Origin: the human T2T-CHM13v2.0 reference genome, Homo sapiens
DNA: 64,000 nt
Strand: one strand, 5' to 3'
Assembly (NCBI RefSeq): GCF_009914755.1
Contig: NC_060925.1
Made by a program: the position numbers and the translations under genes. Under the pieces are notes generated by a model. It saw nothing but the letters and a program-made list of their open reading frames with translations, searched no databases and was not told the origin of the DNA. Below are positions 37,623 through 53,011 of the stretch, in pieces (position 1 is the first letter of the stretch; every line of letters starts with the position of its first letter).

Positions 37623-37925
37623 TCAGAAGTTGCTGTTAGGTGAGAGTGGAATGGATTGGAACGGGGAGGTGTGAATAGCAGGTCAGAAGTTGCTGTTAGG
37701 TGAGAGTGGAATGGATTGGAACAGGGGAGGTGTGAATAGCAGGTCAGAAGTTGCTGTTAGGTGAGAGTGGAATGGATTGGAACGGGGGAGGTGTGAATAG
37801 CAGGTCAGAAGTTGCTGTTAGGTGAGAGTGGAATGGATTGGAACGGGGAGGTGTGAATAGCAGGTCAGAAGTTGCTGTTAGGTGAGAGTGGAATGGATTG
37901 GAACGGGGGAGGTGTGAATAGCAGG
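37623..37925. repeat. Minisatellite, 5 copies of a 60-61 bp unit
   Basis: Unit tcagaagttgctgttaggtgagagtggaatggattggaac(g)nggaggtgtgaatagcagg; copies differ only at the G-run. Confidence 0.95.
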
Positions 37926-38236
37926 GAGACCAGTTAAATGGCTGTTGCAGGTTCCAGACCAGAGAGGAGGTGGCCTTTTGTGATCAGGGCAATGATATTG
38001 TGAATAAAAGTTGGGATGAATGTGGGAAACTCTTTGAATAAAGAATCAATATGGTTTCATAGTTAACTCAATGTGGGAAGTAATGGAGTCAGACCGTGGA
38101 GGACCCTACAGGTAACCAAATGACCCTTCCAGCTCCTGAACTTACACAGAGATTTAAAAGTCTCTTTTGGGCTTAATGAATTCTTGTTTTGTTTTCAAAT
38201 GTGTCCGTGCTCTGTTTTTTTTATCCTTTCTTTTAG

Positions 38237-38342
38237 GTCGTATTCGGAATAAGCCTGAGGTGGATGAAGCTGCAGTTGATGCCATCCTCTCCCTAAATAT
38301 TATTTCTGCCAAGTACCTGAAGTCTTCCCACAACTCTAGCAG
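38237..38342 (+). CDS. KIF1B: KIF1B exon GRIRNKPEVDEAAVDAILSLNIISAKYLKSSHNSS
   Basis: tttag|GTC ... CAG|gtggga; 106 nt, phase 1 to 2. Confidence 0.94.
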
Positions 38343-40975
38343 GTGGGACACCCAGAGCAGTGTGAAGAAGTCCACACTTGCAGGCGTTAATTGGTACACC
38401 GTTAGGTGCCTTATTCATTAATGACTCCCAGTTCGGACAAAGAAATTAACTCCCTTCTCCCTTCTAGCTTCAAAAATCTCTTTATTTCTTCACCTGCCTG
38501 CTGTACTCTCCAAAAAGAAAGAAAGAAAGTATTGCAGATATTTGTATGTGATCAGTTACTCTTAGAGAATGGAAGTGATCCTGTCCCATGTGAAGTTTGA
38601 ATAGATGTAACAAGTGATAAATGAAAATTGGAGAAAGAAAACAGTATATTCCCCAAGGATTTAAAAGTACAAATTAATTATTGCCAAGATTAAATTTTTT
38701 CCTGTGAAATGGTTGCTGTGGAGAGAAAGGTTTCTCTCACTCCCCAAGTATCATGGAAATGTGCCCTCTGAGATAAAATGAAGCCTCTTGTGTTAAGTCT
38801 TTGCTGCTGCTGACTATAGGCTCCATTATCCTTAGTATTTGTTTTTCATTTATGCACAAAAGCGATAAATAATATGAACTCTTATGACCAAGATTGGCTG
38901 CCATAAATAATAGATTTTACTTTGTTTTTTATTTTAAATGTTTCACTTAAAATTATCTTTTATAATCAGGTGATAACAGACAGTTCGTAAAGTACATAGC
39001 CATTCTGCTTTCCTTTGTAAGACTAGAACTAAACCAGCTGGGATCCTCTTACCTCACCCAGGAAGGGAGTTCTCATTGTCTCAGAGGCTCCGTCTCTATA
39101 TCCTAGGGGCTGGGAAACAGGAGCGGCTGCCTCTTCTAATGTGGGCTGAGCACACTGCCTTCCCACCACAGGACTTTGCTGTGCTTCAGTCTGCTCCTGA
39201 AAAACTTGTTTACATCCATGTTGAGAGGAGGGAGGGAAGGAATAAGACGATAGGCAGAAATGGAATGAAAGGTTTGGACCAGGATTAATTTCTTTCTGTT
39301 GTTTTCTTGTATTATAGTTTACCATAGGAAAGAGAAAAAAGAAACAAACTTCTGTTTGCTGGCAGGGGCTGTGGAGAAAGAGGGAAGGAGTGAGAGGGTA
39401 CATATGTATGTCTGGGGAGGGGGAGTGGCAGAAATAAAGAGGGGTGCTTTGACTATCCATGGGCAAAATCACGAGCAATACTATTTCCCTGAAGTCAGCA
39501 GTAATTCTGCATAGCTTTCTGTTTTCTGCCAATGTTCAGCCGGGTTTTACCACCACATTTTCTTTGTAGCTATGAAAAATGTATTGTAAATTTCCCTAGG
39601 GTACTTAGTAAAATATACAGGGAAAGATGGGCTTTGGTTGAAATACTGGTTATTCTAATTTTGCCTCCATTAGAGTAACTTTAAGAAGTCCTTTAATTCA
39701 CGCCCAACAACAGGTCAGGTGCTACAAGAAATGAATTTGGCTTTGTTAGAAGCAGCTTATCTTGTGAGTTAGAATGAGTTCATCAAAAAAGGCTGAAGTC
39801 AAGAATAACAACAACAACAAAAAACACCTTAAATATTTCTGTTCTCATTTAAACTATATAAATCTACATTAATTTATCAAACTTTTGCTGGAAAGCCATG
39901 GCCTTTTCTTTAATTATAAGATCATTTACTGGAGTTCTGATTGTCTTTCTTGCAAAACCACACCCATAATTCATCATCTATGACTTTCAGTTTGGTGGAG
40001 CAAGAATTAGAAACCTGCGAAGAAAATCTAAGTTCAAAATCCTTTAAATTTTTTATCATTTATTAACATTAATCATTTAAACATTTTATCATTTTCCCCT
40101 TTCTTTTACATTTGTCTCACCCAAACTTAACAGTTATTTTTAAACAACTCACCATTTTCTAACCTTTTGAAAACATTCAACTTAGTTTTCACAGGAACAA
40201 AAATTATTTATGTTTTCATATTTCATTGATTTGCCTAATGTTTAATGAAGTTAGATAATAATAATAAGTACAACTGACATAAACAGATTTGGGACCAGAT
40301 ACTACTGACATTTGATAAGCACTCAACTCTTCGGAGCGAAGTGTCTGGGCAAATGAGACATCTTTGTAGTTTAGAATGCTCAAGGAGAACTAGCCATCAA
40401 TCTGTATATTTTAGGGATATGGAAAACATAGGTTAATATGGTAAGTGGCAAAATGGAGTTTGGTTAAGAGAACTTTCGTTCTGTTTGTCTAAGGTTTAAT
40501 GTTTAAAGTTGAACTTACCTGCAATTTGGGTATATTATGTGTGTATCTTAGAGGGCTTTGCTAATACATTGATAGTGGGGTATAATTGACAAGGGACCAT
40601 TCATTATTCCTTTTCTTCCCAGTCCTACATTTATGTTAATGCATTGACTTGGTTTTCCCTTAACTCCACAGCAACTTCCTATTATTCTCAATACTAAGTC
40701 ACCACTGAAAGGGGTACTGATGGTGGTGGTCTCCACTTTCCCTCTTATGTCTGGCATTTTCCTTAGTTGGAAGTCTCAGGAGAGGGACCCATGTTATTGT
40801 AAGTCCTCTATGGAATTGTGTTCCATGGGATTCTGTGTTAATTGTCTGTCCACTTGAATTCACTTTGCTTATCAGCAAATTTTGTCTTCTTTATATATAT
40901 ATTTTTTCTGATTCTCTCCCTTATTTCTTTTGTTTTTTTGCTGCACTAACTAAAGCCTTTTCTATGTTTTTGCAG

Positions 40976-41002
40976 GCTCTTTCTTGATAAGGATATTCCT
41001 AG
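40976..41002 (+). CDS. KIF1B: 27-nt KIF1B microexon, (R)LFLDKDIP(R)
   Basis: ctgcactaac...tttttgcag|GCTCTTTCTTGATAAGGATATTCCTAG|gtattg; phase 2 to 2, no stop in the KIF1B frame. Confidence 0.75.
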
Positions 41003-42395
41003 GTATTGTCTGTTTGCTTTTTTGCACGTAGGATTCTAGTTTATCAGAATGCTTTCTGTCTTATGTTGCTTTGCCATTTTAATTTTGTAGTCCCCTCCCC
41101 ATGTAAACCTACTGTACCTAGGATAGAGTAGACCCTGTTCTGTACCCTAAGAAGCGTATAGCTTCTTAAATGATTTTTAGAGTTTCAAATTATTTTTTCA
41201 TTCCATTTGCTAAACTTGTCAGTTTTATTCTTAGACTCTTTCAAGTTTTCCTCTTCTACATTACAAAGTAGAATGTTTCTCCCTTCATTTCATACAGAAT
41301 CTCAGGTTTTGTTTTCTGTTTTCCTCTTTATCTGTCTTCTCTCCGTCAAAAGCATGAAGGGTTTATTGCTTTATAAAACCTGAGTCCATTGCAGTCTTGC
41401 AAAACTGTTCACTTTCTTCTCTGTTTTGTCCTGTGTGGTAATAGAGACAAATTTGGCTATTTGGATAGCTGAGTCTATGAGAAATATTTTATATATATTT
41501 TTTAACATTTATCTTTCTCCTGTCAGGGCTGCTTGTTTTATCTGTTTATTTTCTTCTTTTGGAATAGGAAAAATCCTGGTTTGGTATTAAAGGAAGTTTT
41601 TTAAAAAATCTGTCTCATTTAGGGAAGAAAATTGAAGGAAGTGATACATGACAATATAACCTAAAATGTTAAAAAAAATACAACATAAACGGGCTGGGCT
41701 CAGTGGCTCACACCTGTAATCCCAGCACTTTGGGAGGCCAAGGCGGGTGGATCACGAGGTCAGGAGTTCAAGACCAGCCTGGCCAAGATGGTGAAACCCC
41801 ATCTTTACTAAAAATACAAAAATTAGCCTGGCATGATGGTGGGCGCCTGTAATCCCAGCTACTCAGGAGGCTGAGGCAGAGGATCGCTTGAACCCGGGAG
41901 GCGGAGGTTGCAGTGAGCCGAGATCGCGCCACTGCATTCCAGCCTGGGCGACAGAGCGAGACTCTGTCTCGAAAAAAAAATACATAAACATATTTATATA
42001 TTTGACTGATGTTACTGATATAATGATTTTATCCCTCAATTTGGACCCCATTCAGTTTACATTTCAGAGATTCTCCTAATGAACTCAAAAGGGTTCATCA
42101 GATGTGACCATGATATAAGAAGGTGGCTTCTGTTTTGTTTTCTTGAGACGGGGTGTTGCTTTGTTGCCCAGGCTAGAGTGTAGTAGCTATACCTGCAGAT
42201 GCTTTAAAAAAAGAAAAAAAAATGCGGCCGGGCACGGTGGCTCACACCCGTAATCCCAGCACTTTGGGAGACCGAGGCGGGCGGATCATGAGGTCAAGAG
42301 ATCGAGACCATCCTGGCCAATATGGTGAAGCCCCATGTCTACTAAAAATAGAAAAATTAGCTGGGCGTGGTAGCATGTGCCTGTAGTCCCAGCTA

Positions 42396-42582
<187 letters not shown>

Positions 42583-43271
42583 TCAAGCAGTCCTCCCTCC
42601 TCAGCCTCCCGAATAGGTGGGACTCCAGACACGTGCCACCATGCCTAGCTAATTTAAAATTTTTTTGTAGAGACAGGGTCTCGCTATATTGCCCACGCTG
42701 GCCTCAAATTCCTGGCCTCAAGTGATCTTCCCACTTTTATCTCCCATAGTGCTGGGATTACAGGTGTGAGCTACCACAACTGACCAGAAGTTGGTTTTTA
42801 ATTGTTCATAAATAATAAATTCAAAGGAATATATCCTTCAAAGCAGTCACCTTGAAACCTGTTTTTCCTCTGATGCTGCTGCTGTTCAGAACATCTTGAG
42901 AAATCCATTTGGAATTACTTCTCACCACCTTAGGAGGCATACAGGAAAATATGTCTTGGGATTCAGCCCTGTTTGTAACCCTAAATTCTATTGCCAGCTT
43001 GATTAAATTGACATTTCTCCCCAGTCTTGGTTGTATTTCTTACAACCACCTCTCAAGAATTGCCAGTGTAATGGCTCACACCTGTAATACTAGCACTTTC
43101 CTACTAAGGTAGGAAGATCACTTGAGCCCAAGAGTTCAAGACCTGCCTGGGCAATGTAGAACTTGTCTCTAAAGAAAAAAAAAAATTAATTAGCCGGGTG
43201 TGGTGGCTCGTGCCTATATTCCCAGCTACTCAGGAGGCTGAGGTGGGAAGATCACTTGAGCCCAGGAGTTA

Positions 43272-43656
<385 letters not shown>

Positions 43657-45983
43657 TTACCACCTTTGGTGGGTATTCTAACAGAACTTGCTGCAGCAAG
43701 TCCAAAGCAAAAAAAAAAAAAAAGAAAGAAACTTTTTTTGACAAAAGAAAAAAATGAAAGAAAAATTTTTCCCTCAATACAGGAAGACTTTAGTGGAGTC
43801 AAAATTTCCTTTGTGTTAACCAGGTTTCTGCAAGTGAAATTTTCTCTTTATGTTAAGTGAAAGCTTAGCCTGAAAACAGAAATGTGAAGAGGCTTTTTTA
43901 GACAAGTTCAAAACATTTGCCTCAGTTGAAAGAGTCAGTGTCATGAAACCTCAGCAGTGGTCCTGGGAGGTGCCACGTTATGGTTTGGAACTTAATGAAG
44001 GCAGCAGCATTGATAGAAATTTCTGTCAAATATCACCAAAGTCATAAATGCCGTCACTCTAAGAAGAGGGGTTTATTTAACTTTAGCATGGATGTATCCA
44101 GCCTCTGAAATGGGACAAATAAGCCCCGCCCCTTCTAGGTACTTTGACAAAAACAGGAACACAATAAAAGAGCAGACCTCTGGAGGCTGAGGCAGGAGAA
44201 TCACTTGAACCCGGCATGAGGAGGTTGCAGTGAGCCAAGATCATGCCACCCTACTCCAGCCTGGGTGACAAAAGCAAGACTCTGTCTCAAAAAAAAAAAA
44301 AAAAAAACAGATCTCACAATGATACAGTCAGTTCTCAAGTGGCATCTGTTGAAGCAGTGGATGTCGTCACCCAATATTAGAATATGTCTTAAACCAAATT
44401 AAAACTTTACTTTACACAGAGTTTTATGGACACATGAAGGGTTTCCTCCTGTGCCCAGGGAGCCCAAGAACTATAGAAAGGCCTTCATTGTCCATCATTT
44501 CTGTTCCTGTTTGGGTCACTTGGTGGCTTTGTCTTTGACTTGTTAGTTGTTTCTCTATCTTCTGTGTCTTTGTAGAGAATTTTCTTGACCCACACTCACT
44601 GCCTCAAAGACTAGACATTTGAGAGAGTATTAAGTACTTGAAGAAGACTTAGATCTAGAAGCAGCTATGTTAGATGATCAGACCTCATACACTGCCACTT
44701 GGAAGATGAGGTGTGGTCATGGGGTTCAGTTTCAGAAATGTGTTCTCTCTGTTGATCGTTTCTGGAGGAAGAAACATGGGGATGTGTTTAGAGGGAGGAT
44801 ATGCCAGCTACTTATCATAGGAAGTCTAGAAAAGGCAGCCATAGTGAGGTCACTATTTGAAAAGGAGTAAGAAGGAATGTATTGGGCAGGAAAGAGTGTG
44901 CATAGACTCTTCTAGGTGAATCAGGTGAGCTGTGTTCTATCTGCGGAGAACTAGTGATGGTGGGGCAGACCAGGCATCTTCCCCTCCACTTGTCATAGGG
45001 GTCTGAGAAGGGAAACATGGGGCAGAATTGGGAATCAATCTGTAACACTGCTTTTAAACTAAGTGCTGTATTTCACATTAGACTTGCAGAACTGGAAGAT
45101 TTAATGTCAATTAGAGTTAATGTTGTTTTACCAGTAGAAAAAAAACGATATTAGAACAATAACAACAAAATAGTTTGTGGGTATCTATTAAATTAAGTTT
45201 CCATTTGTTACATAAATGTAAGATTAATTTTTCAAATGGCTTTTTTTTTTAAGCTAACAAATGGTATTTGTCTGGCTCTAGTGTTAACAATTTATTCTCT
45301 TTTACTGAAACATCAGTTAAGAATAACCTTGTATTCTTTTATTTAAAATAAGGCTCTCGGCCGGCACAGTGGCTCACACCTATAATCCCAGCACTTTGGG
45401 AGGCCAAGGTGGGCAGAGCGCTTGAGGTCAGGAGTTTGAGACCAGCCTGGCCAACATGGTGAAACCCCTCCTCTACTAAAAATAGAAAAATTAGCTGGCG
45501 TAGTGGTGCGTGCCTATAATCCCAGCTACTCAGGAGGCTGAGTCAAGAGAATCGCTTGAACCCAAGAGGCAGAGGTTGCAGTGAGCTGAGATTGCGCCAC
45601 TGCACTCCAGCCTGGGTGACAGAGTGAAACTCTGTCTCAAAAATAAAATAAAATAAAAAAATAATAAAATAAAATAAAATAATGCTCTCTATACTTAAAC
45701 CCATCTACCCAGTTTCTACCATTAATCCCTTCAGATATATCTGTGGTGTTTCTGAGGCCCAGCAGCACTGGATTGAATGATGTTTAGCCCTCTTGTGATG
45801 TGAAGATTGAAGCTGACAAGTTACCAAGCATTCACTTCCTGCTGTCATCATTAACTGACAGGAGAGCTTACATAGTCTTTCTTTCTTCTTTCAGTTTCTG
45901 TCCATACTCACTTATCCATTTCATCTTAATCCCTTTGATTGACCTTACTATTTTTATGTTTATAGGCAGAGGCAGGCTTGTCA

Positions 45984-46325
<342 letters not shown>

Positions 46326-46534
46326 TTAATGATGGGTGGGGTTGGGAGCAAGAGGATGGGGACCTATCTTTTCCTCCTAGGAGATAAGGGTTCCTCTCTG
46401 TTATTAGAGTTTGATAAACTGAAAGTGTCTGTTGGTTGGCGTATGGTTCTTTAGGATGATTGACAGTGGCAGTACCTGGACTAACGTGACTTTAGCTTCT
46501 TTTGGATGATTCCCTCTTGTCTTTCTGACCTTAG

Positions 46535-46649
46535 GACCTTCTACCGCTTTGAGGCTGTGTGGGATAGCTCTCTGCATAACTCCCTTCTTCTGAACCGAGT
46601 GACACCCTATGGAGAAAAGATCTACATGACCTTGTCGGCCTACCTAGAG
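46535..46649 (+). CDS. KIF1B: KIF1B exon [25 protein letters not shown]...SAYLE
   Basis: cttag|GAC ... GAG|gtgagg; 115 nt, phase 2 to 0. Confidence 0.96.
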
Positions 46650-47297
46650 GTGAGGAGACTTGGAACTTCAGTTGATGCCAACAGTCAGCCCTGAACAGTG
46701 TGCAGGTTACAGCAGGAAGTGGTCAGCGAAGATTCCACTTGTTTTGTCCTCTTTCTTCCTCCACATCCTTAAGTTTTTCATTTTATTATACATTGCTAAC
46801 TCTTCTGATTATATTAGACTCTATTCCTGGGTTCTGTTTACTCAAAAAATCACATGACTCATTGCAGCTTCAGCTTTAGTAGCCTAATCACCATTGTTTG
46901 AAGAATGTGTGATTTTTAAGAAAATGTCACCTCTTGTTTTTGTAGTTGTGGACAGAGTGTAATAGTGGTTAATAGCCCAGACCCAAGACCCAGCCTGTCG
47001 GTTCAAATCCCTGTGCTGCCACTTACTTCCTCTATGTCCTTGGAGAAACTCTCTTTGCCTCAGTTTCCTCACCTATCAGGAGAAACAACATTTACCTCAG
47101 ATAAAAATAAATGCATCTCTAAGGAGTACTACCTACTCTTGCACATATTATCCATTGGGTGGCTGTTGAAATAATTGGTGGAGCTAAAATCCTTCAGTTC
47201 TCACAACTGGGACTCGCTTTCCAAATACGTTCGTGTATAGACTCTAGTCACAGTACTCTGCCTGCACTTCATCAGCACCTACCCTGTCTGCTTTCAG

Positions 47298-47431
47298 CTG
47301 GATCATTGCATCCAGCCGGCTGTCATCACCAAGGATGTGTGCATGGTCTTCTACTCCCGAGATGCCAAGATCTCACCACCACGCTCTCTGCGTAGCCTCT
47401 TTGGCAGCGGCTACTCAAAGTCACCGGATTC
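47298..47431 (+). CDS. KIF1B: KIF1B exon [24 protein letters not shown]...SKSPD
   Basis: ttcag|CTG ... TTC|gtaagt; 134 nt, phase 0 to 2. Confidence 0.96.
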
Positions 47432-48363
47432 GTAAGTTTTTCACACAAGTTAGCTTCCAGTGTGTTTGTTCAGTACAACAGAATCATTAGTCCTTAAGTA
47501 TTCTCGGCTTACTGTCTCACGGTTAGTTTACAGTTTATGAACCATTTTGGTAACTGACACCTGGAATGTACTGACTTGCATGCTGACATTTAATAAAATG
47601 TTGATGGATGGACGAGTTATGAGGGAAGGAAGGAATATTACATTGTGAACACGTCTAAAACAATTTTGCAAAGACTAAATTTGCAAAGACTTTTAAATGT
47701 CATCATCATTATTTCTAACAGAGTACCATTGAAATTTTCTTCTTTTTAAGATTTGTTATGCATATTTAAGGCATACAAAATATGTCAGGAATAATACAGT
47801 GAAGGCCATACACAGTGGCTCATGTCTGTAATCCCAGCACGTTGGGAGGCTGAGGACAGAGAATTGCTTAAGCCTAGGAGTTTGAGACCAGCCTGGGCAA
47901 CACAGACCCCATCTCCACAGAAAATTTTAAAATTACCCAGGTGTGGTGACACACACCTGTAGTCCCAGCTACTCAGGAGGCTGAGGTGGGAGGATCACTT
48001 GAGCTTGGGAGGTTGAGGTTGCAGTGAGCCATGATAGAGCCACTGCACTCCAGCCTGGGTGAAACAGTGAGACCCTGTCTCAAAATTTAAAAAAAAGAAA
48101 AGAAAAAGGAAAAAAAAAAAAAAGAAAGAAACAATACAATGAATACCTGTGTATCACCGCCCAGCTTAAAAATAAGTGTTACTAATACAATAGAAGGTAT
48201 TATACCTCCTACTACTCACAATCCCCAGAAGTTGTTGATTATCATTTCATTCTAGTCATTGTTTCCCTCATATCGTCTCTCTTATAGTAAGAAAAGACAA
48301 ATTTTTAGTTTTCACATTTATATTTTAAATTTTCTAGTTTATCATTCAATTTTATTCACCCTA

Positions 48364-48528
<165 letters not shown>

Positions 48529-48888
48529 TTAGCTGGGTATAGTGGTGTATGCCTGAAGTCCCAACTACTCAGGAGGCTGAGGCAGAAGGATCACATTAGT
48601 CCAGGAGTTCGAGGCTGCAGTAAGTTGTGATTACATCACTGCACTCCAGCCTGGGTGACACAGGGAAACCCTATCTATAAAAAAATTAAATTGAGATGAA
48701 AGCGGACTCCTCTAGGAAAAGGTATGCTACTTAGGTTCAAAATAAGAAAAGAGCGGTGACAAATAAGAAATGCCTGGAATTATATTTGAGTCCCTGCAGA
48801 GAAGACACTATTTTAAGTAGCAGAAATTGAAATTTTCCTGTTTTTGTGCTTTAAGAGATTAAACAATTGTTTTATTTTCTTCAAATAG

Positions 48889-49131
<243 letters not shown>

Positions 49132-49802
49132 CTACCAAAAATACAAAAATTAGCCAGGTGTGGTGGCGCGTGCCTGTAATCCCAGCTACTCAGGAGGCTG
49201 AGGCATGAGAATTGCTTGAACCTGGGAGGCAGAGGTTACAGTGAGCCGAGATTGTGCCACTGCACTGCAGCCTAGGTGACAGAGTGAGACTCAGTCTCAA
49301 AAAAGAAAAAGAAAAAAAAATCAAATTATTAAGTCAGATTTGTTCTGTATTCTTTTTAATGTGTTTTTAAACTGCTCTTGTTCCTCTAGCTAGGCGGAGT
49401 TAAGCAGCACTTAGCATTTCTATGTTTGTAAACCGAAACATGAACAAAAGTTAAGGTTTTCTAATAGCATTTGATTAATGTGAGTTTGAGTCATTTTACA
49501 GAATATACATGGAAAACAAGTCAGGGCCCACAGGCAAGACTTAGATAAGTAAAGAAGACTTTGAGTATGAATCCAAGTAGCACCTAATTATTATACTATC
49601 CAGATAGTTTCTTGAGGAATTTTTTTAATTAATATAAATTCATGTATTTAATATGTAAAACCAGCATAATACTAAAAAAAATTAACAGGAAATAATAGAG
49701 GCTAAAGTTCTCTGTCATCTGTCAGCCAGTGAGCTACTGAGTGTGTGTATGTGTGTGTGTATTCCCTTCCGTCTTTTTAAAAATTTTTATTTTTAGGGAT
49801 AG

Positions 49803-49934
<132 letters not shown>

Positions 49935-50424
49935 TGAGTAGCTGGGTTTGCAAGCACCCACCACCATGCCCAGCTAATTTTTGTATTTTTAGTAGAGATG
50001 GGGTTTCACTATGTTGGCCAGGCTGGTCTCGAACTCCTGACCTCAGATGATAGCCCACCTCAGCCTCCCAAAGTGCTGGGATTACAGGCGTGAGCCATCA
50101 CGCCCGGCCCCATAGTGTATAGACTACTACAGACTATTTAATATTTCTGCATTTTCACCTAACATCATAATTTTATCATTTTCTTAAATTGCATCCCAGT
50201 CTTCATAATTATCAAAGAATGTAAAACTCAGTTTTTAAAAACGTTCAGTTGCTTTGCTATTTAAACAAAATCCCATATATCTTCAGACCAAACTGTCTTA
50301 GTTTGCTACGTATAAGAATTATTAATTCGTGGCCAGGCGCGGTGGCTCACGCCTGTAATTCCAGCACTTTGGGAGGCTGAGGCAGGTGGATCACGAGGTC
50401 AGGAGATCGAGACCATCCTGGCTA

Positions 50425-50631
<207 letters not shown>

Positions 50632-50705
50632 TTATTAATTCGTTTTGACCTAAACTTGGAATTGAATTTTTTTCTGAAACAAAAACTTGTTTCCTCTTGT
50701 CTTAG

Positions 50706-50851
50706 GTATGCAGAGAAGGAGAAGAAAAATCTTAGATACGTCAGTGGCATATGTGCGGGGAGAAGAGAACTTAGCAGGCTGGCGGCCCCGTGGAGACAGC
50801 CTCATCCTTGAGCACCAGTGGGAGCTGGAGAAGCTGGAGCTCCTACATGAG
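50706..50851 (+). CDS. KIF1B: KIF1B exon [29 protein letters not shown]...ELLHE
   Basis: cttag|GTA ... GAG|gtatcc; 146 nt, phase 1 to 0. Confidence 0.95.
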
Positions 50852-51014
50852 GTATCCAGGGGCAGGGTTGTTCAGATGCAAGAACTCTCGGACAAGATTG
50901 CCAAAGTATCAGTCTTCCTCCCCGCTGCTGCATGTGATCATAGCTTTTCACTTTTCTCTCCTGAGGTCTTAACGAGCTTTGTGTTTGCTATAGCAGTAGT
51001 ATTGATCTTCTCAG

Positions 51015-51254
51015 GTGGAAAAAACCCGCCACTTTTTGCTGCTGCGTGAGAGACTTGGTGACAGCATCCCCAAATCCCTGAGCGACTCGTTATCCCCCAG
51101 CCTCAGCAGTGGGACCCTCAGCACCTCCACCAGTATCTCCTCTCAGATCTCAACCACTACCTTTGAAAGCGCCATCACACCTAGCGAGAGCAGTGGCTAT
51201 GATTCAGGAGACATCGAAAGCCTGGTGGACCGAGAGAAAGAGCTGGCTACCAAG
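51015..51254 (+). CDS. KIF1B: KIF1B exon [14 protein letters not shown]...DREKELATK (Ser/Thr-rich)
   Basis: ctcag|GTG ... AAG|gtgtga; 240 nt, phase 0 to 0. Confidence 0.95.
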
Positions 51255-51617
51255 GTGTGAATCCCTTCCTCTTTGCTGAACGTCTTCCCACAAGGCTCCA
51301 CAAACTAGCCTCTCGGTTTATTCATTTTCAACACCTTTGTTCGAGGTGTTTGAAGGCCTGTGATAATACTGTGAATGTAGAAATAAAAAGACGCAGTTCC
51401 TACCCTCAACAAGCTTACAGGGCCAGGCACAGTGCCTGATGCCTATTATCCCACCACTTTGGGAGGCTGAAGCAAAGGGATTGCTTGAGCCCAGGAGTTA
51501 AAGACAAGCCCAGGCTAACATAGTGAGACCTTGTCTCTACAAAAACAAAAATTAGGCCAGGCATGGTGGCTCACACCTGTAATCCCAGCACTTTGCAGGG
51601 CTGAGGCAGGTGGATTA

Positions 51618-51896
<279 letters not shown>

Positions 51897-52026
51897 TTAG
51901 GTCACAAGCATATAATAGAGATGTGTGTTTCAAATGCTATGGGAGTCAGAGGAGAAGTGTCTATAGTGGGGAGCTCATGAGCTGACCTTGAAAGGATGCG
52001 CAGGAGGGAGGCAGCAGTGTCGACAC

Positions 52027-52158
52027 CTGCGTGATCAGGAGGGAGGCAGTGGTGTCCTGCGTGATCAGGAGGGAGGCAGCGGTGTCTTGCGTGATCAGGA
52101 GGGAGGCAGCGGTGTCCTGCGTGATCAGGAGGGAGGCAGTGGTGTCCTGCATGATCAG
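52027..52158. repeat. Minisatellite, about 4.4 copies of a 30-bp unit
   Basis: Unit ctgcgtgatcaggagggaggcagYggtgtc; degenerate partial copy at 52001-52021. Confidence 0.95.
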
Positions 52159-52315
52159 TCTTGGGGAATTCACGTGGGACTGGAACAGGAGGTGTGGAGT
52201 GAAGAATCTTGTATACTGCACTGAAGAGTTTAGAGTGGATGATGGGAGCAAGGCAGAAATATGTTAAACAGGTATTTGTGTTTTAGAAAGATTTCTGGCG
52301 AGGGGCGGTGGCTCA

Positions 52316-53011
<696 letters not shown>

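Noticed and set aside
37623-37925. Regularly spaced repeats resembling a CRISPR array or recursive-splice sites
   Set aside because: Head-to-tail tandem units without unique spacers, in a eukaryotic intron. The AG|GT motifs lack pyrimidine tracts and the intron is short.
39029-39532. 167-aa minus-strand ORF in Alu-free intron
   Set aside because: No ATG start, no recognisable homology, and low-complexity composition; most likely chance.
50852-50860. Donor GTATCC resembling a U12-type intron
   Set aside because: It reads GTATCCAG rather than GTATCCTT, and there is no TTCCTTAAC-type branch site near 51014.
51961-52267. Repetitive peptides on both strands (DQEGGSGVLR repeats and others)
   Set aside because: Artefact of the 30-bp minisatellite; no splice or start context.
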